From: Lytechinus pictus
Taxonomy: Eukaryota
Assembly: GCF_037042905.1 (NCBI RefSeq)
Contig: NC_087245.1
Location: 28,274,001 to 28,334,000, forward strand
DNA length: 60,000 bases
Reading direction: 5' to 3'
Shown here: positions 13,704-26,009 of the stretch, piece by piece
Numbering within the stretch: the first letter of the stretch is position 1
Layout: every line of letters begins with the position of its first letter
The notes under the pieces: model-generated
The model's database searches: none
What the model was told of the DNA's origin: nothing
What the model saw: only the letters and a program-made list of their open reading frames with translations
Translations under genes and position numbers: made by a program

Positions 13704-16492
13704 CAAGAGAGAAACTGCTGATAGAAACTCAGAAAGTCAACGATGTTATGAAGTTTATCAGCTCAGACAGTATTGAGGATACCAATGATCTCATATATGC
13801 TGGAGCAGTTCTGGTATTAAAACAGAGAGGTTAGGTGTAAGAAAACAGGAGAACACAAGGAAGCACTGCCTACCACCATGGAAAAGGAGACTTGATAATC
13901 AGATAAAGGGATGGAGGACAGACCTATCAAGACTGACAGAGATAAACCTTGGAAAAGCAGATATCAATGATTTTAAGTACCTTGAGGGGAAGTACAGTAT
14001 TAGAAGGAAAGGAAGGAAGATCGTCGTGGAGGAACTAAAACAAAGAATAACAAGCACTACAGCAAAAGTAAAGAGGTACACCGATCGAGTGTCACAGTAT
14101 AGACAGAATTCCTTGTTTGAGAACAACCAGAAGAGGTTCTACCAAGAAATAAATGGAAAGATGAAAGACGAAGTTCCACCACCAGATCCAGCTGAAGCAA
14201 TTGCCTTCTGGAGCAACATTTGGAGCCAACCACACAATCACAACCAAGAAGCTATGTGGTTGAAAACAACGAAAGAGGAATGTGCAAATATAGTTGCACA
14301 GGATGATCTGACGATCAACAAAAGCAAGCTAGAAAAGATCATTAGGAAAATGGCGCCATGGAAAGCTGCCGGTCCAGACGGTGTGCAAGCTTTCTGGGTT
14401 AAAAGGTTCACAAATCTTCATGAAAGGCTGAGCATGCAAATGAACGAGATTGTCGTGAATGGTAACCCCCCTAATTGGATGACAAAAGGAAGAACGGTTC
14501 TCATCCCAAAGGATCCTACCAAAGGCAACATTCCGTCAAACTACCGTCCAATTACCTGCTTGCCGATTCTCTGGAAGTTACTGACTGGCATAATATCAGA
14601 AGAAATATATCAACACCTGGACGATCAAGCCATACTACCATGGGAACAGAAGGGATGTAGAAAAGGAAGTAGAGGAACAAAAGAACAACTATGCATCGAC
14701 AAAGGAATTATGAAGGACAGCAAGAAAAGAAAAACGAACCTCGCAATGGCATGGATTGACTACAAGAAAGCATACGACATAGTTCCACACTCTTGGATCA
14801 TCGAGTCTATGGAAATGTTAGGGGTAGCAGACAATATCAGAAGGTTCCTCATTACAAGTATGACGAGATGGAGAACTAAGTTGGAAAGTAATGGTGAAGT
14901 GCTTGGAGAGGTTGGTATCAAGAGAGGAATCTTTCAGGGAGATAGTCTATCTCCATTGCTGTTTGTGATGGCAATGACACCATTAACTAAGGTACACAGA
15001 AGATCCAGGCTAGGATATGAGTTCAAGAGCAAGGCAAAAATCAACCATCTATTATACATGGACGATTTGAAGCTGTTTGGTATGACACAAAGTGACTTGG
15101 AGTCTCTCATCAACACTGTGCGGATCTTCAGCGAAGACATCGGTATGCAGTTTGGGATGGATAAATGTGCAATGATTACTCTCATGAGAGGTAAGCCAGC
15201 CAATGACAACAACTTCCAGATGCCGAACGGAGAAGAGATCAGATCAATCGAAGACGGTGGTAGCTATAAATATCTCGGAATATTAGAGGCAGATCAGTTG
15301 AAACATCAAGAAATGAAGAAGAAGATTGAGGCAGAGTATATCAGGAGAATTCGGAAGGTGCTCAAATCCAAACTAAATGCTGGAAACATGGTGAAGGCTG
15401 TTAACACTTGGGCAGTAGCCCTAGTGAGATATGCTGCTGGCATAGTTGAATGGAACAAGCTTGAACTCGAAACCCTGGACAGGAAGACAAGGAAGTTGCT
15501 AACTATGCATGGGATGTTTAACCCAAAGTCTGATGTAGATAGACTTTATGTGTCAAGAGAGAAGGGAGGACGTGGTCTGGCTGGAATAGAGGAGACTGTA
15601 AGATATGAGGAACAAAGCCTAGACTGCTATATTGAAGGCCAGATGGATAGCATCATGGCGGCAGTCGATGAGGAAAGGAAAGGATGTGACAGCCAAACAG
15701 CTGAAGGCTGATCAAAGGAAAATGAGACTGGAAGGATGGAAAGAGAAGGTGATGCACGGGCAGCATTTAAGACAGACAGAGGAGTTTGCTGGACCAGAGA
15801 GTTGGCAGTGGCTGAAACGAGGAAGTTTAAAGAAGGAGACGGAAAGTATGCTAGTTGCTGCTCAGGACCAAGCAATTAGAACAAATTACCGAAGAGCCAA
15901 AGTTGAAAAGGAGCATACATCTCCCTCATGTAGAATGTGTCATGACAAAGACGAAACGGTGTCTCATCTGGTGAGTGAATGCAGCAAAATGGCACAGACA
16001 GAGTACAAAGGAAGGCACGACAGAGTATCAGCTGCAGTTCATTGGGGTCTGGCCAAGAAGTACCATTTACCTCATGCGGAAAAATGGTACGAACATCGGG
16101 CAGAGCCTGTAGTAGAGAACGACGATGTAAAACTTTTATGGGATTTTAATATCCAGACAGACAAGGTCATTGAAGCTAGACGACCAGACATCGTTCTCTT
16201 AAAGAAGAAGGAAAAGGAATGTCTCATCATAGATATTGCGATTCCGGGAGACTGCAGAGCTTGGCGTAAAGAGGAGGAAAAGATACAGAAGTATAACGAT
16301 CTGGCATGGGAGCTGAGAAGGATATGGAAGGTGAAGACGAAGGTGGTACCAATAGTCATCGGAGCCTTAGGAACAGTGACAACAAGACACAGAAGCTTTC
16401 TGGCTGTTCTAGGAGTCGAGGTGTCCTTTGAAACGATACAGAAGGCAAGCTTGCTTGGAACAGCTCATATCTTACGGAAGGTCTTGAATTAG
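13703..16492 (+). pseudogene. Frameshifted RT-RLE polyprotein of element 2
   Basis: Segments PREKLL..DLIYAGAVLV / ERLG..PPWKRRL..WKAAGPDG..YMDD / HGQHLR..CRMC..RHD..RPDIV..DIAIP; frame changes near 13820 and 15650-15680. Confidence 0.88.
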
Positions 16493-16618
16493 AAAGAGAA
16501 GTGAACAATGAGAAGAGGACCCATTTGATAGAATATAGAACAATAACCCTAGATTTCTGGAAGAAGTTTGGTTGCTGTTTAATATACCAACAGAACATCA
16601 AGTTGTGGACAATGGAAG
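13703..16618 (+). mobile_element. Second R4/Dong-like RLE non-LTR retrotransposon (element 2, different family), 5'-truncated
   Basis: Starts mid-ORF right after (TAA)n; RT and RLE motifs; 3' UTR 16493-16618 followed by (TAA)n. Confidence 0.92.
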
Positions 16619-16824
16619 TAATAATAATAATAATAATAGTAATAATAATAATAATAATATTAATAATGATCCTATTTAGAGGAATAATAATAATAATAAT
16701 TATAATAATATACCATCAATGATCATTTGAATATATAAAATTTCAACTAAATTGAAATCTAAGGTAGATGTCAACTAACTGATCAAGATGGAATTCTATA
16801 CTAAGAATACTAAGAATACTAAGT

Positions 16825-17119
16825 ATGATACTCATGATGATGACAACAACAACAGTGGCAGCAACAACAAAAATTATGATAATTATAATAACAACAACAA
16901 CAATAATAATAACAATGAATAACAACAATAATAATAATTAAAAAAATAATAATAGTATAAGTAATAATAATAATGATCCTATTTAGAGGAATAATAATAA
17001 TACTAATAAGTATAATAATAATATACTATCAACGATCTTTTGAATATATGAAATAAACAAATTTCAACAAAATTGAAATCTAAGGTAGATGTCAACTAAC
17101 TGATCAAGATGGAATTCTA
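16825..17119 (+). repeat. Second copy of a ~300-bp locally duplicated unit whose first copy (8391-8530 + 16619-16798) is split by the two retrotransposons
   Basis: ATGATACTCATGATGATGACAA..AAATTATGATAAT at 8391 and 16825; TGATCCTATTTAGAGGAA..GAAATCTAAGGTAGATGTCAACTAACTGATCAAGATGGAATTCTA at 16667-16798 and 16974-17119. Confidence 0.85.
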
Positions 17120-17819
17120 GTCTTGGGTGACAAATCATTAACCCCAGCCCCTCCATTGTCTTCCAAATATTTCAAAAAGATCTACAATGTATATTAACAT
17201 TAGTCTTTGTGTGAGATCAAGTGCTTCATACAGTAGAATGGATTTTAAAAAAATAATCACTTGTATTTGTAATGTCCTCTTATGTTATCAGTAACCTTGG
17301 TACATCGTGAGCAAATATCTGACACTATCATATCTTCAGATTTGTTATAAAAAATAATTTCTGTATACAGAAAATACACATTTCTCAGAATATCTCCCAC
17401 ATCAGGAATGTTTTTGTAATCGCTTGGAAGATTTTTCAAAATATTTTGTAGACCACCAAAGGCTTATATATATGCCTGACTGCATTGAAATCTACAGTAG
17501 ATGGCAAAGTAGTGAGAAAACATGTTATGTTAAAAACACCTTGACCTTTAGAAGCTTGCGTAGCTTTTGATTCTTTCAAAAAACATGCAGCATACGTGTA
17601 TAATGTGCACAGTACAGGGGACACAACACCAGTGTATCAAGTCAATAATCTACAGGCCAGAGGGTTGTTTGTCATACATGTATGATCAACTGGTTGAATA
17701 TTATATTCCTTAAAAATTAATGGCAGTTCTCATCTGCAGAGTGATATTTCCCCTTTCAACTATAAACCAGGCCTCTCCTCGTCTTGTCCTTCTTCTTCAT
17801 CCTTTTCCTTTTTTTTCAT

Positions 17820-17901
17820 AATCTTCATCATCATCGCCACCATCATCATCATCATCACCAGTCGAACCACCATCATCATCATCATCATCATCACCACCAC
17901 C

Positions 17902-17933
<32 letters not shown>

Positions 17934-18270
17934 CATCATCATCACCATCATCATCACCATCATCACCTCATTCTTGTTGTATTTTAATCTTCCCCTTCTC
18001 CTTCTTTTTCGTCTTCTTCTATTCCTCCTTCATCATTTTCTACTTCTCTCTCTTCAAAATCATCATTCATTTTCATCATCATCATCACTATCACCATCAT
18101 CATCATTACCATCATCATCTCATTCTTGTTGTACTTTCCTACTTTTATCTTCTCCTCCTCCTTCCTTTTCTTCTTTTTCTTCACGATCATCTCATATATG
18201 CATTGTATTCTTAATATCATCATCTCCTCCTCTTTCTTCTTCTTGAACTTCTACCTCTTCTTCTTTTTTC
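17820..18270. repeat. (CAT/CAC)n microsatellite and CT-rich low-complexity tract
   Basis: Direct inspection; explains the poly-His and poly-Met ORFs. Confidence 0.95.
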
Positions 18271-19063
18271 TTCTAGAATTTACAGCTGAAATTTGCAAGA
18301 CAAGCATGTTTATGTCCAATTCATGAAGGATTTGTCATTCATTTATCTATTAAAGGTAGATGGTAAACTAGTGGGGGATAATGCAATTATAATATATCTG
18401 AGCCTTTTCAAATCAAAATTCTGTACCAACTACCAAGTGTAATTTTTTTTAAATCCACAGAATCTGCCTGTAACATAAAAATTTGTGATTTTAATTTATC
18501 ATTTAAGTAGCTGACACATGTTCACAGTTCTTTTAAAATCCATTGGATTTCTTAAAAGCAACAGGCATTTTATAATTACTAAATACAGTGATTTAACAAA
18601 ATTTCTAATTATGTGCAGGAAGCTGGTGTTTTTATTTAGGAGTAGGATCTAGTATAGTGTTGTTAGATAAAGAATCCTAAAAGCAAAAATCTTGAAGAAA
18701 AAATCAATTTCTCTTTCAAACTATTCTTTGTTATTCAGTTCACTTTCCTCCTAATTCTCCTAATCATACCCCCATCCCTCCGTCCTCTCATTCCTTAACC
18801 TTCCTCTTCATCTCTTCTTCTTCTTTTCCTCCTCTTCACTTCCTCTTATTCTCCCTCTTTCTCTTCCTTCTGCTCTTTCCTCTTCTCTTTCCTATTCTTC
18901 TCCTTCTCCTCATCCTAAGTCTGACATATTTTTTTGTCTTCCTCTTTACATGTGACCAACACTCCTTTGCTTTCCCATCAACTTTCTTGGGTCAAATTTC
19001 TTCTGTCAAATTCAGCCACTCCAGCATAGCTGTATCAATCAGATATCTGATAAAAACTATTAA

Positions 19064-19274
19064 CCCTTTGTGCACTGATGTTGCAATCTTGCACATTCGT
19101 ACAATTTCTCCCCTACCTTCAAATTGGATAAGCTAAAAAGGCAATAGTTTTGGGATATTAACATAGATTAGTAATAAGTATCAATGGTGCAATATGGAAA
19201 TCTTGAATTAAAGAAAATAACATGGAAACAATTGTCATTATTATTCCCCCAAAATTAATTCAGCGTGCAAAGAG
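19064..19274. mobile_element. piggyBac-like MITE
   Basis: TTAA-CCCTTTGTGCACTG ... CAGCGTGCAAAGAG-TTAA (imperfect TIR, TTAA TSD). Confidence 0.6.
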
Positions 19275-19770
19275 TTAAAGCCCTGAAATCAGGGTTGGCC
19301 TAAGTTGGAAAAACTGGTGGTAAAAAATAGTATTCTTAATACAATTTTTGAGAAAAATGAAGATGCAGGGAAATACCACAAATTTACTTTTTGAGTATTT
19401 TCAGCTATTTTCTAGGTATTTTTCAAGCATACTCCCTGTTTACATATTTTATAAGTAATTCCCAGTATTTCCTACCTGGGCAAGAAATATTCAAATTTCC
19501 CTACAATCCAGTCTGAAATGACCACCGATGCCTGCCGTAGCCCGAGTGTCTATCACCCCATTGTTGAATTAATACTCATGTTGAGTGGCACAGTATGTGA
19601 GTCACCAGACTGTATGCATTGCTAATCATGAATAAACTGACTCATAATCTCGCACCTGCATCCCAACCCATTTCTAATCAAATTTCATATATACCAATAA
19701 AAAATATGAAGGCCAAATTTAGTTCTGTACACATACATTGTATGGAAAATGTATTCACTATGAACATTAA

Positions 19771-20362
19771 AGGACAAGTTCACCCCAACAAATACTAGTA
19801 GTTGATTTGAATAAAAAGAGAAAAATCCAACAAGCATAATGCTGAAAATTTCATCAAAATCAGATGTAAAATAAGAAAGTTATGACATTTCAAAGTTTTG
19901 CCTGGTCAGTATGCAAATGAGGAGACTGATGACGTCATCCACTCACTATTTCTTTTGTATTTTATTATATGAAATATTTTGATTTTCTCCTCATTGTCCA
20001 GAGAAACAAAGATTAAATCCTCCCTGAATATGTGGAATTAGCATTGTTTTAGTACCGTACTACATGTATATGGTTATTTAAAACAAGTTGGTCTTTATTG
20101 TCAAATCTGTAAAAAAAAAATGAAAAATTGTATAATTCAAACAATAAAAAATAAAAGAAATAGTGAGTGAGGGACATCATTGACTCTCTCATTTGCATAA
20201 ATTTGTGCATATCACTGTTCTGTGCAAAATATGCAAAATTTGAAATGTCATACATGTAACTTTCTTATTTTTCATCCAATTTTGATGAGATTTTCAGCGT
20301 TATGCTACTTTGATTTTTCTCTATTTATTAAAATCAACGTTTTTCTGGGATGGACTTGACCT
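19771..20362. mobile_element. Kolobok-like TTAA-flanked non-autonomous DNA transposon
   Basis: TTAA-AGGACAAGTTCACCCC ... GGGATGGACTTGACCT-TTAA; extended internal inverted similarity. Confidence 0.7.
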
Positions 20363-20862
20363 TTAATCAAAACACTATTTAATCTGGGTTTTAGGGTTAG
20401 TTTGCATGTGAAGTGAATACTAAAACAACAAAAAGCTTATGGTACAAGACAATGTGAATGTGTATGCCCTACTTATTTTACATCTTTTTTTTTTCCGATC
20501 AGGTGCCGCTCAAAATATAAAACAAAATAAAACTAGATTTTAATTCGTCATGCGGACGAATTAGGTGGTCTGTCCTTATTCTCGCCATCATGATCACTAT
20601 TACCATGTTCAAGCAGATCAATATGATCTTCATGATGACAACGGAATGTTCATTGTGGATGGAATACTTGTGAAAGACGGGAGATGATAAAGCACTGTGA
20701 AAAGGGTCTCTTTGATATATGAAAATACAAGTGATATGAAAAAAGTTATTATAATCTGTTAAATCTTGCTAAATTTTAACTTTCATACCTTTTAATTATC
20801 ATAACGGATCATGTACGAGGTGGTAAAAAGAAAAAAAAAATGAAAAAAAAAATCATCTTGTT

Positions 20863-20936
20863 CACCCCCAGGACTCGAACCTGCGCCCCCGAGAACTCAA
20901 GTCAAGTGCGTTATCCATTGAGCCACGATATTCCCC
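20863..20936 (-). pseudogene. tRNA-like (SINE-head-like) segment inside the Helentron; second copy at ~28711-28784
   Basis: GGGGAATATCGTGGCTCAATGGATAACGC...GCAGGTTCGAGTCCTG: A and B boxes present, anticodon and acceptor stems poorly paired. Confidence 0.6.
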
Positions 20937-21280
20937 ATAGAGATTACACGTTCCCATAGAGATTACACGTAAGCAAATTTGAGAATTACAAATCCAATTT
21001 TGGAAGCGAAAAACGGGCATGATCCTGACATCTGATCGAAAAATGGAGGGCACACTTCCGAAAGCTTAGAATCTCAGCTACATCATACCAAAAGCTCAGG
21101 GATAACTAACAAGAAAAAATGGAGATATAGCTCACGAAATAGAGGAATGTAGAATCTAGTTTTGAGAAAAAGTCATGTCCCATAGAGACTACACGTAAAA
21201 TGAGGAAAAATGACATGCCTCTTTTCATCGCAATTTTACACCATGATGCGTTTTTCAAAATGAAAATTCATGCTAACTGA

Positions 21281-24200
21281 TATGAGGCGCCGAATGTACC
21301 ATTATTATATAGAACAATTATTTGTTATATAATCATTATTTATTAAATAATAACTATTATTTATAAATAATTTACATTTTATTTGTAAATAACTACTATT
21401 ATATAAAATATCATTTCTAATTATTTATATATAATTCCAAGTAATACTTCATTATTTGTAAATAATAATAGTTCGACATTCCATTATTTATAAATAATGA
21501 TTATTTGTTTTTCATTATTTATAAATAATGATTATTTGTTTTTCATTATTTATAAATAATGATTATTTGTTTTTCATTATTTATAAATAATGATTATTTG
21601 TTTTTCATTATTTATATATAATGATTATTTGTTTTTCATTATTTACAAATAATGATTATTTGTTTTTCATTATTTATAAATAATGATTATTTGTTTTTCA
21701 TTATTTATAAATAATGATTATTTGTTTTTCATTATTTATAAATAATGATTATTTGTTTTTCATTATTTACAAATAATGATGATTTGTTTTTCATTATTTA
21801 TAAATAATGATTATTTGTTTTTCATTATTTATAAATAATTTGTTGAGTTTTCCATTATTTATAAATAATGATTATTTGTTAAATAATGAAAACGTCTACT
21901 TCATTATTTATAAATAATTTTTCGAGTGCACCATTATTCTCATTATTTATAAATAATCATTATTTAATGTTCGAGTTTTCCATTATTTATAAATAAAGAT
22001 TATTTGTTAAATAATGAAATATCTACTTCATTATTTATAAATAATAATTTTGTTTCAATATCCCATTATTTATAAATAATCATTATTTATAAACAATTTT
22101 TACAGTTTGCCATTATATACAAATAATCATTATTTATATACAAATAACCATTATTTATTAAATAATGCCATTATTTATTAAATAATGCCATTATTTATTA
22201 AATAATGCCATTATTTATTAAATAATGCCATTATTTATTAAATAATGGAAAACTCGCTATAACATGCAAATGTGGGACCGCCCATGATATGAATATTCAT
22301 GATGCGATTTCCTTTTTCGTGATTTTTCTTCACAAATTTTTGTCCATTTCCTCTTCATAATGACATTTCTTGAAGCAATTTTCTAGGGATATGGTCTGAT
22401 TGTAATATTCTTCATTTTCTATATAGCTTCGTCTTCGTAGAAATATCAAAAAGTGTAATTTTATACGATTTTTCCTACAGTTCACAATCCCCATAGGCGC
22501 GCGTGTACGGTAGGGACAACCGGTGAATCGACGGAGTGCTCTTCATCGAAATACTACGTTGGTTGGTCCCCGGAAGTGGCGGGCGGAATTTAGCCCGAAT
22601 CCTCGATGGAAGTCGATCAAGTGCATATGAGCTGAGAGAGTGAAATATCAGTGTACTTGTACAGGCCCTTCTACTTTTTATAAATATTTCTTGTTGCTTT
22701 TTTTGTTAAGTTAATTTTTCCTGGTGTAGAAATAAGTTTCAGTTCTAATAATGCACTTCAAATACATTTTGGAGTGTCTGTTTGAGGCGTTTGGGGCGAT
22801 TTCACCCTGGCCCCAAAATGCTCGCAACGACAATACGGGGGCATGATGACCCCTAATTTTTAAAAAACTTATTTTTCTATTGAAAATTATCACAAAATTC
22901 ACCAAAAGTGTGCACGAAAGCCTTCGTATTTCACTTTTAAAACTCCGAAAAGTGCCCAAATGACAAGCTTGGTCGCTTCGCTGTGTCGCTTTCAACTTGA
23001 GAACGTTTACGCGTCTGCTCCCCCCCCCCCCCTCCTCCGAAAGAAATTCTGTATACGGCCATGCTCTAAAGAGCCTGGCACATTGATTTATGTATACTTT
23101 CATTTTCATTATTTTTATCTCATTATCAACATGGCCTTACGCAGAATTTTTTCCAGGGGGGCCGGGGCCGGAGCATGACGCGCGTAAACTTTCTCAAAAA
23201 AATCTTGAAAGCGAGACAGCCACGGGACCAAGCCCAAATGACAAGCTTTGTCGCTTCGCTGTCTCGCTTTCAACTTGAGAACGTTTACACGCGTCTGCCC
23301 CCACCCCCCGAAAGAAATTCTGTGAACAGCCATGCTCAAAAGAGCATATGGCACATTGATTTATATGTACTTTTCATTTTCATTATTTTTATCACATTAT
23401 CATCATGGCCTTACACAGAATTTTTACCGGGGGGGGGGGGGGGGGCAGCTAGGACGCACGTAAAGTTTCTCAAAAAAATCTTGAAAGCGAGACAGCGACG
23501 TGACCAAGCTCAAATGACAAGCTTGGTCGCTTCGCTTTCTCAAGATTTTTATGAGAAAGTTTACGCGCGTCCTGCTCCCCCCCCCCCCCCCCCCCCCCGG
23601 AAAAAATTCTGCGTAAGGCCATGATGATAATGAGATAAAAATAATGAAAATGAAGTATACATAAATCAATGTGCCAGGCTCTTTAGAGCATGGCCGTATA
23701 CAGAATTTCTTTCGGAGGAGGGGGGGGGGGGCAGCTAGGACGCGCGTAAACTTTCTCATAAAAATCTTGAGAAAGCGAAGCGACCAAGCTTGTCATTTGA
23801 GCTTGGTCGCGTCGCTGTCTCGCTTTCAAGATTTTTTTGAGAAACTTTACGCGCGTCCTAGCTGCCCCCCCCCCCCCCCGGTAAAAATTCTGTGTAAGGC
23901 CATGATGATAATGTGATAAAAATAATGAAAATGAAAAGTACATATAAATCAATGTGCCATATGCTCTTTTGAGCATGGCTGTTCACAGAATTTCTTTCGG
24001 GGGGTGGGGGCAGACGCGTGTAAACGTTCTCAAGTTGAAAGCGAGACAGCGAAGCGACAAAGCTTGTCATTTGGGCTTGGTCCCGTGGCTGTCTCGCTTT
24101 CAAGATTTTTTTGAGAAAGTTTACGCGCGTCATGCTCCGGCCCCGGCCCCCCTGGAAAAAATTCTGCGTAAGGCCATGTTGATAATGAGATAAAAATAAT

Positions 24201-26009
24201 GAAAATGAAAGTATACATAAATCAATGTGCCAGGCTCTTTAGAGCATGGCCGTATACAGAATTTCTTTCGGAGGAGGGGGGGGGGGGGGAGCAGACGCGT
24301 AAACGTTTTGAAGTTGAAAGCGACACAGCGAAGCGACCAAGCTTGTCATTTGGGCACTTTTCGGAGTTTTAAAAGTGAAATACGAAGGCTTTCGTGCACA
24401 CTTTTGGTGAATTTTGTGATAATTTTCAATAGAAAAATAAGTTTTTAAAAAATTAGGGGTCATCATGCCCCCGTATTGTCGTTGCGAGCATTTTGGGGCC
24501 AGGGTGAAATCGCCCCAAACGCCTCAAACAGACACTCCAAAATGTATTTGAAGTGCATTATTAGAACTGAAACTTATTTCTACACCAGGAAAAATTAACT
24601 TAACAAAAAAAGCAACAAGAAATATTTATAAAAAGTAGAAGGGCCTGTACAAGTACACTGATATTTCACTCTCTCAGCTCATATGCACTTGATCGACTTC
24701 CATCGAGGATTCGGGCTAAATTCCGCCCGCCACTTCCGGGGACCAACCAACGTAGTATTTCGATGAAGAGCACTCCGTCGATTCACCGGTTGTCCCTACC
24801 GTACACGCGCGCCTATGGGGATTGTGAACTGTAGGAAAAATCGTATAAAATTACACTTTTTGATATTTCTACGAAGACGAAGCTATATAGAAAATGAAGA
24901 ATATTACAATCAGACCATATCCCTAGAAAATTGCTTCAAGAAATGTCATTATGAAGAGGAAATGGACAAAAATTTGTGAAGAAAAATCACGAAAAAGGAA
25001 ATCGCATCATGAATATTCATATCATGGGCGGTCCCACATTTGCATGTTATAGCGAGTTTTCCATTATTTAATAAATAATGGCATTATTTAATAAATAATG
25101 GCATTATTTAATAAATAATGGCATTATTTAATAAATAATGGTTATTTGTATATAAATAATGATTATTTGTATATAATGGCAAACTGTAAAAATTGTTTAT
25201 AAATAATGATTATTTATAAATAATGGGATATTGAAACAAAATTATTATTTATAAATAATGAAGTAGATATTTCATTATTTAACAAATAATCTTTATTTAT
25301 AAATAATGGAAAACTCGAACATTAAATAATGATTATTTATAAATAATGAGAATAATGGTGCACTCGAAAAAATTATTTATAAATAATGAAGTAGACGTTT
25401 TCATTATTTAACAAATAATCATTATTTATAAATAATGGAAAACTCAACAAATTATTTATAAATAATGAAAAACAAATAATCATTATTTATAAATAATGAA
25501 AAACAAATAATCATTATTTGTAAATAATGAAAAACAAATAATCATTATTTATAAATAATGAAAAACAAATAATCATTATTTATAAATAATGAAAAACAAA
25601 TAATCATTATTTATAAATAATGAAAAACAAATAATCATTATTTGTAAATAATGAAAAACAAATAATCATTATATATAAATAATGAAAAACAAATAATCAT
25701 TATTTATAAATAATGAAAAACAAATAATCATTATTTATAAATAATGAAAAACAAATAATCATTATTTATAAATAATGAAAAACAAATAATCATTATTTAT
25801 AAATAATGGAATGTCGAACTATTATTATTTACAAATAATGAAGTATTACTTGGAATTATATATAAATAATTAGAAATGATATTTTATATAATAGTAGTTA
25901 TTTACAAATAAAATGTAAATTATTTATAAATAATAGTTATTATTTAATAAATAATGATTATATAACAAATAATTGTTCTATATAATATTGGTACATTCGG
26001 CGCCTCATA
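21281..26009. mobile_element. Foldback-type (TU-like) element: ~2.3-kb inverted arms, ~150-bp spacer, 6-bp TSD AACTGA
   Basis: Ends TATGAGGCGCCGAATGTACC / GGTACATTCGGCGCCTCATA; AACTGA at 21275-21280 and 26010-26015; uninterrupted paralogous site at ~29090-29125. Confidence 0.9.
21482..21840. repeat. 31-bp AT-rich minisatellite in the left foldback arm (mirrored at ~25450-25810)
   Basis: Unit CATTATTTATAAATAATGATTATTTGTTTTT, about 11 copies, containing an 18-bp perfect palindrome. Confidence 0.92.

Noticed and set aside
17760..18326. Poly-His and poly-Met ORFs
   Set aside because: Translation of the (CAT)n microsatellite
22711..24466. Cluster of 60-150-aa ORFs on both strands
   Set aside because: They are mirror-image products of the palindromic GC-rich repeats, with no recognisable transposase motifs
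21281..26009. Polinton/Maverick assignment based on the 6-bp TSD and long TIRs
   Set aside because: Termini are TA..TA rather than AG..CT and there is no polB or integrase coding sequence; left unclassified
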